The notes: generated by a model not told the origin, from the sequence alone. 64,000 nucleotides of DNA from an uncultured Planctomycetota bacterium (GCA_963752285.1 CAVVXN010000001.1:160001-224000), one strand, 5' to 3'. Positions 28,057 to 37,477 are shown, counted from the first letter of the stretch. Numbers and translations are program-made.

Positions 28057-28941
28057 TCACGCCGCGTAGACGACGAGGACCCCGACCTGCGAGGCCACGA
28101 GCAAGAGGTACATGCCCACCCAGGCGGGGTGGCCCCTCCTTCCCGCGGCGAGGCCCTCGGGGTCGCTCAGGAGGAAGTACGCGGTCACGAGACCGAGCGA
28201 GGCGAGCGCGCCGGCGAGCGCCCAGAGCCGGCCGGCGGACGGCGTGAGCCAGCCCAGCGCGCCGAGCCCGGGGTACGCGAGGAACGGCAGCACGAGGAAC
28301 GGCGCGATCCACCGCGCGGCCCGGCGGGCGCCGAGGCGCACGGGGAGGGTCTCGCAGCCGTGCGCGCGGTCTCCCGCGGCGTCCGCGAAGTCCTTCGTCG
28401 CGGCGGCCCCGAGTACGAAGAGGAACGCCACCAGGCCGAGCGCCCACGGGTCGGCCTGCGTGGGCACCGCCACCACGGACCAGCCGGCGACGGGCACGAG
28501 GTAGCCCCGGGGGATCGCGATCGTCAGGAGGGCGAGCGCGGTCTTCCGCTTCGTACGGAGCGGCGGCGCGCTGTAGATCCAGGTGCCGAGGACGCCGGCC
28601 GCCAGGCACGCGAGGAAGCTCGGCGACGCGAGCGCGCCCGCGCCGAGGCCGAGCAGCGCGAGGGCGTCGCCCGCGCGGAGCGCTCCGCGCACCGAGACCC
28701 GGCCCGCGGGGATCGGGCGGTGCGGCTTGTTCTCCCGGTCGATCTCGGCGTCGAACGCCTGGTTCCAGGCGTTGCTGGCGGCCGTCGCGAAGAGCGCACC
28801 GGCGAGCGCCGCCGCGAGGTGCCCGGTCGCCCAGGGGCGGTGGAGCGCCGCGGCGGCCGCGCCGGCCGCGGCCGCGGTCCCCACCACGGGCGCCAGGAGC
28901 GTGAACGGCCTCGCGAGGGCGACGTACGGACGGATCGCCAA
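28057..28941 (-). CDS. UbiA-superfamily prenyltransferase
   Basis: ARPFT, NAWNQAFDAEIDRENKPHRPIPAG, YSAPP, KDFADAAGD; TTG start inferred. Confidence 0.9.
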   Translation of the reverse strand: MAIRPYVALARPFTLLAPVVGTAAAAGAAAAALHRPWATGHLAAALAGALFATAASNAWNQAFDAEIDRENKPHRPIPAGRVSVRGALRAGDALALLGLGAGALASPSFLACLAAGVLGTWIYSAPPLRTKRKTALALLTIAIPRGYLVPVAGWSVVAVPTQADPWALGLVAFLFVLGAAATKDFADAAGDRAHGCETLPVRLGARRAARWIAPFLVLPFLAYPGLGALGWLTPSAGRLWALAGALASLGLVTAYFLLSDPEGLAAGRRGHPAWVGMYLLLVASQVGVLVVYAA

Positions 28942-28955
28942 GGCCGTTCTCGCCT

Positions 28956-30011
28956 CTACACCGAGGCCTTCACGCAGCGGAACCCGATCGTCTCGTACTT
29001 GTCCTTCGGGGCCTGGCCGAGATGGATGTCGGCGCGCAGGAGGGACGGCGCGTCGTTGTAGCAGCCGCCCTTGATCAGGTTCACGGTCTCGCCGCCGTCT
29101 ACCGCGGTCGTCCGCGTCCACTCCCACACGTTCCCGACCATGTCCACCACGCCGAACGGGCTGCTCGTGTCCGGGTGGTCCGTCACGGGGTCGGTTCCGC
29201 CGGTCAGGGCGTCCTTGCCGTAGCAGGCGCGCCCGTTGGCCGGCTCGTCGTCACCCCAGGGGTACAACCTCCCGTCGGCGCCACGACACGCCTTCTCCCA
29301 CTGCTCCTCCGAAGGGAGCTGCTTCCCCACCCACCGGGCGTACTTCTCGGCGTCCTGGACCGAGACGCCGACGACCGGGGCATCGGGGTGGTTGAAGCGC
29401 TCGTCGTCGCGGTAGCGGGGCCATCGGTACCCGGTCGCGCGGCAAAAGGCCTCGTAGTGTCGATTCGTGACGGGGAACTTGTCGATGAAGTAGTCGGCCA
29501 GATGCGTCGCCTTCTTCTCCATGCCGAACAGGAACGTCCCGCCCGCCACGCGCATCATCGGCCCGTGGTCCTCGACCTCCTCGACGACGTGGGGCGCGAC
29601 GACCGCGACCGTCGGAACCTGGACCGGCGCGGCCTGCGCGCCGCCGAGGTCGGGCATCGGCGGCGCGGGGTCGAGCTGGAGCGGCGTGTCGGTCTCGGAC
29701 GCCCAGTCCTCGACGTCGAGAATCCGGTCGTCCACCGCGTCCCACTCCTCGCCGCTGATCGCCTGGTAACGCTTCAACCAGAAGTAGGAGCGCAGGAAGC
29801 AGCTCTCCTTCCGCGACTCGTCCTCCTGCTCGAAGCCGACCTCGAACCAGAGCACGCCGGGGAAGTAGCTCTCCGAGACGTCCGCGTCCTCGCGCTGGTA
29901 GTACTCGTCGAGGAGGCGCGCCGCGCTCTCGTCGTCCAGCTCGCCGTGGTCGCCCGGCTCGATGTACTTGCTGTACACGTATTCCTGGATGGCCCGGATC
30001 TGTTCGTCCAC
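28956..30011 (-). CDS. FGE-sulfatase (SUMF1/EgtB-like) domain protein with acidic N-terminal domain
   Basis: PVTNRHY..F, HPDAPVVGVS, LPSEEQWEKACRG..YPWG, DMVGNVWEW, IGFRC; GTG start with GAGG. Confidence 0.88.
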   Translation of the reverse strand: MDEQIRAIQEYVYSKYIEPGDHGELDDESAARLLDEYYQREDADVSESYFPGVLWFEVGFEQEDESRKESCFLRSYFWLKRYQAISGEEWDAVDDRILDVEDWASETDTPLQLDPAPPMPDLGGAQAAPVQVPTVAVVAPHVVEEVEDHGPMMRVAGGTFLFGMEKKATHLADYFIDKFPVTNRHYEAFCRATGYRWPRYRDDERFNHPDAPVVGVSVQDAEKYARWVGKQLPSEEQWEKACRGADGRLYPWGDDEPANGRACYGKDALTGGTDPVTDHPDTSSPFGVVDMVGNVWEWTRTTAVDGGETVNLIKGGCYNDAPSLLRADIHLGQAPKDKYETIGFRCVKASV

Positions 30012-30556
30012 GAGAAGCCTCGCCCACGGTTGCCCGCCGCAGGGCGACGGGAATCCCCCACCATAGCCCGTGGGATCGGCGACGGCAGGGAATCGCCTGG
30101 GGGACCGGGTCGGGGCCACGTCCCGGAGCGCGTCCGGACACAGGCCGGGACCGCCGCCGGCCGCACCCGCCCGGCCGACATCGGGAGCCCCCAAACGAGC
30201 GCCGGGACGGGGACGTATCCCACGTGCCCCGTGCCGACCCGAACCTCGCGCCGACCTCGATGCCCCCTCGCCCAGATCCGCGTCCCTCGTTCGACCCGGA
30301 AGGACACCCGCCTCGGACACCCGGGCCTCGTCGCGACCGCCCGCGGCCCTGCGGTGTCTAAGTATGCGGATCGAACGATGGAACGCCCGCCCACCCCCAC
30401 CCCCGCCCGAGCCCTCCGGCCGGACGACCCGTCCGGTCGCTCCCCGCACGGATCCGGGCGGGCGGAGGCCCGCGTGCCGTCTCTCCGTCTTGCGTGCGAA
30501 CGTCCCGCCGCCGCCCGCCGGGGCCGGCGACGCGACCCGGCAGCGCCCGTCCCGAC

Positions 30557-30573
30557 CTGGCATGCCCCTTGCG
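30557..30573 (+). promoter_or_regulatory. Sigma-54 (-24/-12) promoter
   Basis: CTGGCATGCCCCTTGCG has exact GG-N10-GC spacing and ends 31 nt before ATG 30605. Confidence 0.65.
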
Positions 30574-30604
30574 AGGCATCCATCACAGCCCAGGAGGCCA
30601 TCCC

Positions 30605-31021
30605 ATGAAAGGCAAGATCTTCACCCCGGACGAGGCCAACCGGATGTTGCCCCTCGTGTCCCGCATCGCCGACGACGTCGTGGCCACCTACAAGCTGGTC
30701 CAGAACGCCCTGAAGGCCCTCGAGGCCGAGAAGGCCCGGGTCGAAGCGTCCGAGACCCCCGAGATCGAGTCCCGCGTCGCGGCGCTCGACGAGGACGTCG
30801 CGCGACGGCTCGACCGATTCCAGGTCCTGATCGAGGAGATCGAGGCGCTCGGCGGAACGGTGAAGGACTACGAGCGCGGTTGCATCGACTTCTACGGCGA
30901 AGTGGACCGCGAGATCGTCTACCTCTGCTGGCAGCGCGGCGAAGACTCGATCCGCCACTGGCACCGCCTCGAGGAGGGCTTCGCCGCCCGGCGCGAGATC
31001 CCCGTGGCGACGGCCGCCTGA
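30605..31021 (+). CDS. DUF2203-family protein
   Basis: FT.DEAN.MLPLV, VKD...G.IDF, VYLCW..GE..I.HWH..GFA.R; AGGAGG RBS. Confidence 0.92.
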   Translation: MKGKIFTPDEANRMLPLVSRIADDVVATYKLVQNALKALEAEKARVEASETPEIESRVAALDEDVARRLDRFQVLIEEIEALGGTVKDYERGCIDFYGEVDREIVYLCWQRGEDSIRHWHRLEEGFAARREIPVATAA

Positions 31022-31053
31022 AGACGCACCCCTCCCGCCCCTGAGCCGGGCTC

Positions 31054-31093
31054 GAAGGCCCCGCGTGGTCTATGACCGCGCGGGGCCTTCTTC
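31054..31093 (+). terminator. Hairpin, probable intrinsic terminator
   Basis: GAAGGCCCCGCGTGGTC-TAT-GACCGCGCGGGGCCTTC, a 17-bp stem with one G-U pair; weak U-tract. Confidence 0.65.
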
Positions 31094-31209
31094 GTCGGGG
31101 GCCAACCCCGGATTCCGGCGCACCCCCCGGCCGCCTGGGGCCGAACGGACGGCGACCCTATACTCTGGCCCCTTCCAGGCGCAGGTCCCGCGCCCATCCG
31201 GAGAGAGCC

Positions 31210-32469
31210 GTGGACGAGCTGCTGAGCCCCGAGAACCTCGCCTGGCGTGCGAAAGCGCGCGATCTCGCCGATCGGGTGATCCGGCCGAAGGCCGCCCACT
31301 ACGACCGTATCCAGGAGTACCCCTGGGAGATCAAGGACGCGCTCTGCGAGGCCGGGCTCATGGGGGTCTGGATCCCCAAGGAGTACGGCGGCGGCGGCGC
31401 GGGCGTCCTCGACCTCTGCATCGTGGTCGAGGAGCTTTCGAAGGCCTGCGGCGGCGTCGGTGTCCTGTTCGCGGTGAACGCCCTCGGCTCGTTCCCGATC
31501 CTCCTCGCGGGGACGGAGGAGCAGAAGCAACGCTACCTCCCGCGGATCGCGAAGGGCGAGAGCCTGATCGCGTTCGGCCTGTCGGAGCGGAACGCGGGCA
31601 GCGACGCGGGCAGCCTCACGACGAAGGCGGTCCAGGACGGCGACGCGTACGTCCTCGACGGCGACAAGAAGTGGACGACGAACGGCGGCGCCGCGGATCT
31701 CTACACCGTCTTCACCGTCACGGACCCCGTGTCGAAGAGCCGACGGATCTCCGCGTTCCTCGTCGAGAAGGGCGATCCCGGGTTCGAGATCGGCCGCGTC
31801 GAGGACAAGATGGGGATCCGGTGCGTACCCGTCGTGGAGCTCCACTTCCGCGGCTGCCGCATCCCCGCGGACCGTCTGCTCGGCGGCAAGCCTGGGTTCG
31901 GCTTCAAGCACGCGATGATGACGCTCGACCACGCACGCCCGGGCGTCGCCGCGCAGGCCGTGGGCCTCGCGCAGGGCGCGCTCGACCTGGCCTCGGTGTA
32001 TTGCACCGACCGCGTGCAGTTCGGCGTGCCGATCAGCAGCTTCCAGATGGTCCAGGGCATGCTCGCGGACATGGCGTCGCGCGTCGCGGCGGCCCGGGAG
32101 CTCGTCTACGCCTCCGCCCGCCTGATCGACCAGGGCGCGACGGACATCACGAGCGGCGCGGCGATGGCGAAGCTCTTCGCGACGGACGTGGCCATGCAGG
32201 TCACCACGGACGCGGTCCAGCTCTTCGGCGGCTACGGCTACATGCGCGACTACCCCATCGAGAAGTTCATGCGCGACGCCAAGATCACGCAGATCTACGA
32301 GGGGACGAACCAGGTCCAGCGCATGGTCATCGCCCGCCACGTCATCAAGCGGGCGCGCTCCCTGGACCACCTGAGGCCGTTCATCCCCCTGCCGGACCAC
32401 CCGAACACCGAGGCGGAACGCGCCAGCGAGGGGCAGCCCGCCTCCTCGGCCCCCGCGTCGGCCGGCTAG
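31210..32469 (+). CDS. Acyl-CoA dehydrogenase
   Basis: FGLSE..AGSD, GDKKWTTNG, KMGIR, RVQFG, GGYGY, IYEGTNQVQR. Confidence 0.95.
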   Translation: MDELLSPENLAWRAKARDLADRVIRPKAAHYDRIQEYPWEIKDALCEAGLMGVWIPKEYGGGGAGVLDLCIVVEELSKACGGVGVLFAVNALGSFPILLAGTEEQKQRYLPRIAKGESLIAFGLSERNAGSDAGSLTTKAVQDGDAYVLDGDKKWTTNGGAADLYTVFTVTDPVSKSRRISAFLVEKGDPGFEIGRVEDKMGIRCVPVVELHFRGCRIPADRLLGGKPGFGFKHAMMTLDHARPGVAAQAVGLAQGALDLASVYCTDRVQFGVPISSFQMVQGMLADMASRVAAARELVYASARLIDQGATDITSGAAMAKLFATDVAMQVTTDAVQLFGGYGYMRDYPIEKFMRDAKITQIYEGTNQVQRMVIARHVIKRARSLDHLRPFIPLPDHPNTEAERASEGQPASSAPASAG

Positions 32470-32496
32470 TCTTTCGGGCCCCCGCGAGAGACCCTC

Positions 32497-34011
32497 ATGC
32501 AACCCGATTCCCGCACGCCGACGGGCTTGGCCCTGGACGCGAAGACGATGAGGCGGATTCGCACTGGCCTCATCGCGCTCGGCGTCGTCGCGGTCATCGT
32601 GATCGCCTGGCTCGTCGTCCGCACGATCCACCACGACCGCGTCCTCGGTCGCTGGGACGAGCTGGCGCGCCTCGAACACGACTACGACATCTCGGTTCAG
32701 GACGACCCGCTCTTCGAGGACCCGACCGGAACGTACTCGGAGCGGCGCGACCACTACATCAACGCGCTCGAGGCGTTCCTGCCCCGGGCCGAGGAATCGG
32801 ACGACGCGCTCGCACCGCAGGTCCACTACCTGATCGCCTCGCTCTCGACCGACCAGTTCTACTCCGCGCGCGACCCGCTCCAGTCCGACGTGCGCGAGAA
32901 GGCGTACGCGAAGGCGATCCAGCACTGGGAGATCCTCCGAGACCGCTATCCCGACTTCCAGGGCAACTGGATGCGCTTCCAGCCGCCCGGACACACGAGC
33001 ATCGTGCGCATGGTGATCTCGACCCTCGAGGCGAACCACGACTGGGCGAAGCAGAACTTCGCGCGCGAGGTCGCGCCCGAGCAGGACGTGGTCGTCGTCC
33101 TCCGCACGGAGCGCGGCGACATGCGCCTCGGCCTCTACTCGAAGGAGGCGCCCGAGCTCGCGAAGCGTTTCCTCGCTCGCGTCGTGAACGGCGAGTACGA
33201 CGGCACCTCGTTCTACGCGAAGGAGGACACGGGCTCGGCCGACGAGCCCGTCGAACGTACGATCCGCGGGCTCGACGCGCGTTCCCGCGGCCTCGCCCCG
33301 TTCGACGCGGACGCCGTTCGTCCGCTCGCGACGGACGTGCCGCCCGAGGATCCCGTCATCCCCGCGCCCTCGCGCTTCTCGGTGGCCGCCGCAAAGGGCG
33401 TCGTCGCGGCATGGCACGACCCCCACGACCTCTACGACGGTGCGGCGGCGATCCTCCTGTGCGTGGACCGCTCACCGGCGGTGGACTCCATGTTCTCGCC
33501 GCTCGGGCGGCTCCTCGACGAGCCGTCCCGGGCTACCGCCTCCCGGATCTTCGAGGGCAAGACCTGGTACGACCAGACGGAGCCCCCGAAGAACCTGAAG
33601 GAGATCGGCACCTTCCTCCGCGCGCCCGTGGTGGTGGTCAAGGCCCTCGCGTATCGCGACGGGAAGCTGATCCTCCCGGAGGGCACCCCCTCGGCCAGCC
33701 GGGTGCCGCCGGAGGCCTCCGAGGAGACGCTCGAGGGCATGAAGCGCGACCAGTACCTGAAGGAGCCCCCTGCCGAGCCCGCGCCGCCGAAGAAGTCGGC
33801 CCCCGGGGACGAAGGCGCGGGCGGCGAGAAGGGCGCGGGGGAGGGCCACGAGGGCTCCACGCCCGGACCTGGGAAGCCCTCCGACCAGGGCCCGGCTCCT
33901 GGCGGCGAGAAGGCGCCGGGCGCCTCCGACGCGCCCCCCCCGCCGACCGACGGCGAGAAGGGACCCGAGGGCGACCACGGCGCGGGCGAGACGCCCGGCG
34001 ACGGGAACTAG
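32497..34011 (+). CDS. Membrane-anchored protein with degenerate cyclophilin-like domain
   Basis: N-terminal TM, helical region, VVLRTERGDM.LGLY..EAP..A.RF...GEYDGTSF; disordered tail. Confidence 0.65.
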   Translation: MQPDSRTPTGLALDAKTMRRIRTGLIALGVVAVIVIAWLVVRTIHHDRVLGRWDELARLEHDYDISVQDDPLFEDPTGTYSERRDHYINALEAFLPRAEESDDALAPQVHYLIASLSTDQFYSARDPLQSDVREKAYAKAIQHWEILRDRYPDFQGNWMRFQPPGHTSIVRMVISTLEANHDWAKQNFAREVAPEQDVVVVLRTERGDMRLGLYSKEAPELAKRFLARVVNGEYDGTSFYAKEDTGSADEPVERTIRGLDARSRGLAPFDADAVRPLATDVPPEDPVIPAPSRFSVAAAKGVVAAWHDPHDLYDGAAAILLCVDRSPAVDSMFSPLGRLLDEPSRATASRIFEGKTWYDQTEPPKNLKEIGTFLRAPVVVVKALAYRDGKLILPEGTPSASRVPPEASEETLEGMKRDQYLKEPPAEPAPPKKSAPGDEGAGGEKGAGEGHEGSTPGPGKPSDQGPAPGGEKAPGASDAPPPPTDGEKGPEGDHGAGETPGDGN

Positions 34012-34128
34012 TCCGACCCGGTCCCCCACCGTGGGACCGCGCCCGCGCCTCCTCGGTCACGACGACACGGTCGTCACCGAGCGCGCCCGGTAGAACTACA
34101 TATGTAGTTTGTTCCCGGCGCGCGGCCG

Positions 34129-35034
34129 TCAGGCCCCCAGACGCTCGAGGAGGCGATCGAGGTCGTCGGGATCGTGGTAGTGCACCTCGATCCGACCGCT
34201 CTTGCCCTGCGTCCTGATCCGGACCTGCGTCGAGAGGGAACGCTCGAGGCGCGTCTCGAGGTCCCGCAGGTAGGGATCCTCACCTCGGGCGCGCCGCCGC
34301 CCTACCGTGGGGCCCGAACGTGCCCGTCGCTCGATCTCGCGGACCGACAGGCCGCGCTCCACGGCCAGGCGCGCGAGCGAGAGCCGCCGCTCGGTTCCCT
34401 GGGCCTGGAGCAGCGCCCGGGCGTGGGCCCCGCTGAGCCGCCCCTCCTCGACCCACGCCTGGATCTCGGAGGGGAGGTCGAGGAGCCGAAGGATGTTCGC
34501 GATCGTGGTCCGTGCCTTCCCCACGCGGCGCGCCACGTCTTCCTGCGTGAGCCCGAAGTTCCGGAGCATCGCATTCATCGCCCGCGCCTTCTCCATCGCG
34601 TTCAGGTCCTCGCGCTGGAGGTTCTCGACGAGGGCGAGCGTCTGCATCTCCTCGTCGCTGGCCCGGCGGACCAGCGCCGGGATCCGATCGAGGCCGATGC
34701 GTTCGGCGGCGCGGAGGCGGCGCTCGCCGGCGATCAGCTCCCAACCGCCCGTCGGGGAAGGACGCACGACGACCGGCTGGATGACCCCGTGCTCCCGGAT
34801 CGATGACGCGAGCTCGTCCAGCGCCTCCTCCGCGAATGCGGTCCGAGGCTGGAACGGATTGCGCCGGATCTCCCCTACGGGCAGGGCGCGCGTTCCGATT
34901 TCGGCCCCCTCGCGCGCCGCATCGGCCGCCTCGGGAGGGGAAAACGACCGTCGCTCCACCGCGTCCGGGCTCGTCGTCTCGGGGGTCGCGCCGAGCAGGT
35001 TCCCCAGCCCGCGCCCCAGTCGCTTCGGTCGCAT
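34129..35034 (-). CDS. parB: Chromosome partitioning protein ParB
   Basis: KRLGRGL ParA-interaction motif, NPFQPR, IAGERRLRA, ENLQREDL, HTH, HARAL; AAGGAG RBS. Confidence 0.95.
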   Translation of the reverse strand: MRPKRLGRGLGNLLGATPETTSPDAVERRSFSPPEAADAAREGAEIGTRALPVGEIRRNPFQPRTAFAEEALDELASSIREHGVIQPVVVRPSPTGGWELIAGERRLRAAERIGLDRIPALVRRASDEEMQTLALVENLQREDLNAMEKARAMNAMLRNFGLTQEDVARRVGKARTTIANILRLLDLPSEIQAWVEEGRLSGAHARALLQAQGTERRLSLARLAVERGLSVREIERRARSGPTVGRRRARGEDPYLRDLETRLERSLSTQVRIRTQGKSGRIEVHYHDPDDLDRLLERLGA

Positions 35035-35150
35035 CGCCGTCTCCTTCCGTCCCGGGGTCCGTCCCGAGATCGTGCGCCGGCCCGGATCGGCGGTGCCTTC
35101 CGGGCGCCCGGAGGGCCGGTCCTCCCGAGGGGGCCGGCCCGCCTCGTACT

Positions 35151-35186
35151 CGTCTTCCTGCCGGTCTTCCTGCTCGTCTTCCTGCC
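35151..35186. repeat. 3 x 12-bp tandem repeat (C/G)GTCTTCCTGC(C/T)
   Basis: Read directly from the sequence upstream of parB. Confidence 0.8.
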
Positions 35187-35293
35187 CGGGGCCGCGGCCC
35201 GACGTCGCCCCAAACGGCGGCGGTGAGACGCGCATCGCGGCACTCTCTGACTTCGGCTCGCGGGTCGCCCGAACGCAGCCCGCACGCAGACGA

Positions 35294-35309
35294 TGTTCCC
35301 CGGGGAACA
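35294..35309. promoter_or_regulatory. parS-like palindrome 1, TGTTCCCCGGGGAACA
   Basis: Perfect 16-bp palindrome upstream of parB; differs from TGTTCCACGTGGAACA only at positions 7 and 10. Confidence 0.8.
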
Positions 35310-35488
35310 GACCCATGCTGCCCGAAGGGGAGGACACGCGCCGGCGCCCGGCCCCCCGCACGCCAACGAGGTCGCTGGGCCCGTGCGCCCGGAGAACACG
35401 GACCTCGACAGGGCCACAGCGCCCGGACCCGCAATCCCCTCCGGCGTCGCGCCGGCACGGACCTCGCGACCTCCCCGGTACGCGAGGA

Positions 35489-35504
35489 TGTTCCCCGGGG
35501 AACA
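35489..35504. promoter_or_regulatory. parS-like palindrome 2, TGTTCCCCGGGGAACA
   Basis: Identical second copy 195 bp from the first. Confidence 0.8.
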
Positions 35505-35519
35505 CGGAGGGGGCGTACC

Positions 35520-36254
35520 ATGCGCTCCCGCCTGGGGACCGCCGTGGCCTGGACGCTCGACACCCTCCGCCGCGCCGCCCGCTCGCCCTCCGCCTGGGGC
35601 CTTGCCGTTTGCGGCCTCGTCGCCGGGTGGGCCGGTATCGCGCTCTCCGTCCTGGCTCTCGGAGCCGCGGAGGCGCAGGCCGCGTCCCTCCTTCTGGCGA
35701 CCGGCCAGGCGTGGGCCGTGATCTTGGTGCTCTGGGTCCTCACCCGCCTTCTCGAGGAGGACCGCGCATCCGCGTTCACGGCCGCCTCGGACGCAGCCCG
35801 CCCCGGCCGCGGTGGGCGCCTGCTGGGTCGGTGGGGGGGCTCCGTGCTCGCGGCGGCCCCGACGGCGGCGCTCGTCGCGTCCCTGCCCGGGTGGATCGCC
35901 GGGGCTCCGGCTCCAAATTTCCTATGCTTGTTCCTTACAAGCATTGTCCTCGCCGCCGTGGCCGGAGCCTGGGCGCTGCTCGTGGGGGGCGCGGGCGGCG
36001 GGCCCTGGCCCTTCCTGGTCGTCCTCGGCCTCTGGGCGGTGGGCCACCTGCCCTTCGGGGCGCCGGGCGTCCTCGGGGGGCGGGTCGGACGGGTCGTCGG
36101 CGCCGTCCTGCCCGGTCCGCTCCCGGCGGCGCCGTCCGCGGGGTCGCTCCTCGGGAGCGCCCTCGTCGTCGCCGGGCTCCTCCTGCTCGCGCTCGCGATC
36201 GCGACCCGCGGGATGCCCGTGCCGGCCGCGCGGCTCCCCGCGCGCACCGAGTAG
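35520..36254 (+). CDS. Membrane protein, ABC-2 permease-like
   Basis: GGAGG RBS; AVAWTLDTLRRAAR start, about 6 TM segments, RP..R..LLGRW.G loop. Confidence 0.6.
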   Translation: MRSRLGTAVAWTLDTLRRAARSPSAWGLAVCGLVAGWAGIALSVLALGAAEAQAASLLLATGQAWAVILVLWVLTRLLEEDRASAFTAASDAARPGRGGRLLGRWGGSVLAAAPTAALVASLPGWIAGAPAPNFLCLFLTSIVLAAVAGAWALLVGGAGGGPWPFLVVLGLWAVGHLPFGAPGVLGGRVGRVVGAVLPGPLPAAPSAGSLLGSALVVAGLLLLALAIATRGMPVPAARLPARTE

Positions 36255-36278
36255 CCTGTGCCCGCCCGGGGGGGGTCG

Positions 36279-36998
36279 ATGCGCTACGGGATCTTCGGCG
36301 ACGTCCACGCCAATCTCGCCGCACTCGAGGCCGTGCTCGGCGCGCTCGAGACGCACGGCGTCGATCGCTACGTCTTCCTCGGCGACCTCGTGGGCTACGG
36401 CGCCGACCCGAAGGCGTGTCTCGACATCGTCCGCGCGCTCGACCCGTTCGTCGTCGGCGGCAACCACGACTGGGGCGTCGGCGGCCGGCTCGGGCTCGCC
36501 TGGTTCAACCAGGCCGCGCGCGCGGCCATCGAGTGGACGCAGACCGTCCTGCCCGTGCAGGACCAGATGTGGCTCGCCTCCCTGCCGCTCGTCCGTCGGT
36601 TCGACGCGTTCACGATCGCGCACAGCACGCTGCACGAGCCGCAGCTGTTCGACTACCTGTTCACGGCGTACGACGCGTATCTCTCGTTCCGACACCTGAC
36701 GACCCCGTTGGCGTTCGTCGGGCACAGCCACGTTCCCGTGACGTTCTTCGACGGCAACCCGATTCGCTACACGACCGCGACGGAGGTGACGCTCGACGAA
36801 CGACGCGTGATCGCGAACGTCGGCAGCGTGGGCCAACCGCGCGACGAGAATCCCGACGCCGCGTTCGGCGTGTACGACGAGGCCGAAGCGCGCATCGTGG
36901 TGCATCGGGTCCCGTACGACATCGAGGCGAGCGCGAGCAAGATCCTCGACGCGGGCCTGCCGCCGATCCTCGCCGAGCGACTGCGCGTCGGGCGATGA
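36279..36998 (+). CDS. Calcineurin-like metallophosphoesterase
   Basis: DVHAN, GDLVGYG, GNHD, GHSH, NVGSVGQPRD. Confidence 0.93.
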   Translation: MRYGIFGDVHANLAALEAVLGALETHGVDRYVFLGDLVGYGADPKACLDIVRALDPFVVGGNHDWGVGGRLGLAWFNQAARAAIEWTQTVLPVQDQMWLASLPLVRRFDAFTIAHSTLHEPQLFDYLFTAYDAYLSFRHLTTPLAFVGHSHVPVTFFDGNPIRYTTATEVTLDERRVIANVGSVGQPRDENPDAAFGVYDEAEARIVVHRVPYDIEASASKILDAGLPPILAERLRVGR

Positions 36999-37006
36999 GC
37001 CGCGGG

Positions 37007-37477
37007 TCAGGCGCCGAGGCGCTCCGCACGCGCCGACGCGAGCGGGACCTCGCGAAGTCCGCATGCGCGACGGCTCCACGCGCGGACCACCGGAGCGACG
37101 CCGGCCCCACGACCGACGATGACGAGGAGGGGGAGTCGTCCTTCCACGCCCTCGGCCGCCGCGAGGCCCTCTCGGTCGCCGTGGCCGGGCGCGGCCGGAC
37201 CCGCCAGGTGTCCGTGCCAGTAGCCGACCACCTCCGCGTCGTCCGCGCGCGCCTCGCGCTGGATCCGTGCGTGGTCCTCGGGCGCGACCAGGAAGTTCGA
37301 TCCGGGGCGGGGGTGGGCGTTACGGGCCTGCGGGGCCTCGCGGATCCTGGCCGTCCCGGCGGTCGTCCGGCCGAGGAGGAGACCGCACGGCTCGCGACCG
37401 CCCGCGGCGGCGTACGCGTCGAGGATGCTCCGCACGGCGGAGGGGCGGATCCAGGCCCTGACGATCGGGCGGGTCAT
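37007..37477 (-). CDS. JAB/Mov34 (Mec-like) metalloprotease
   Basis: EPCGLLLG, VVGYWHGH...PGHGD (variant JAMM motif). Confidence 0.8.
   Translation of the reverse strand: MTRPIVRAWIRPSAVRSILDAYAAAGGREPCGLLLGRTTAGTARIREAPQARNAHPRPGSNFLVAPEDHARIQREARADDAEVVGYWHGHLAGPAAPGHGDREGLAAAEGVEGRLPLLVIVGRGAGVAPVVRAWSRRACGLREVPLASARAERLGA

Noticed and set aside
35035..35505. 157-aa N-terminal extension of ParB shown in the ORF track
   Set aside because: A strong AAGGAG RBS and the canonical KRLGRGL start favour ATG 35034; the extension runs through the palindromes.
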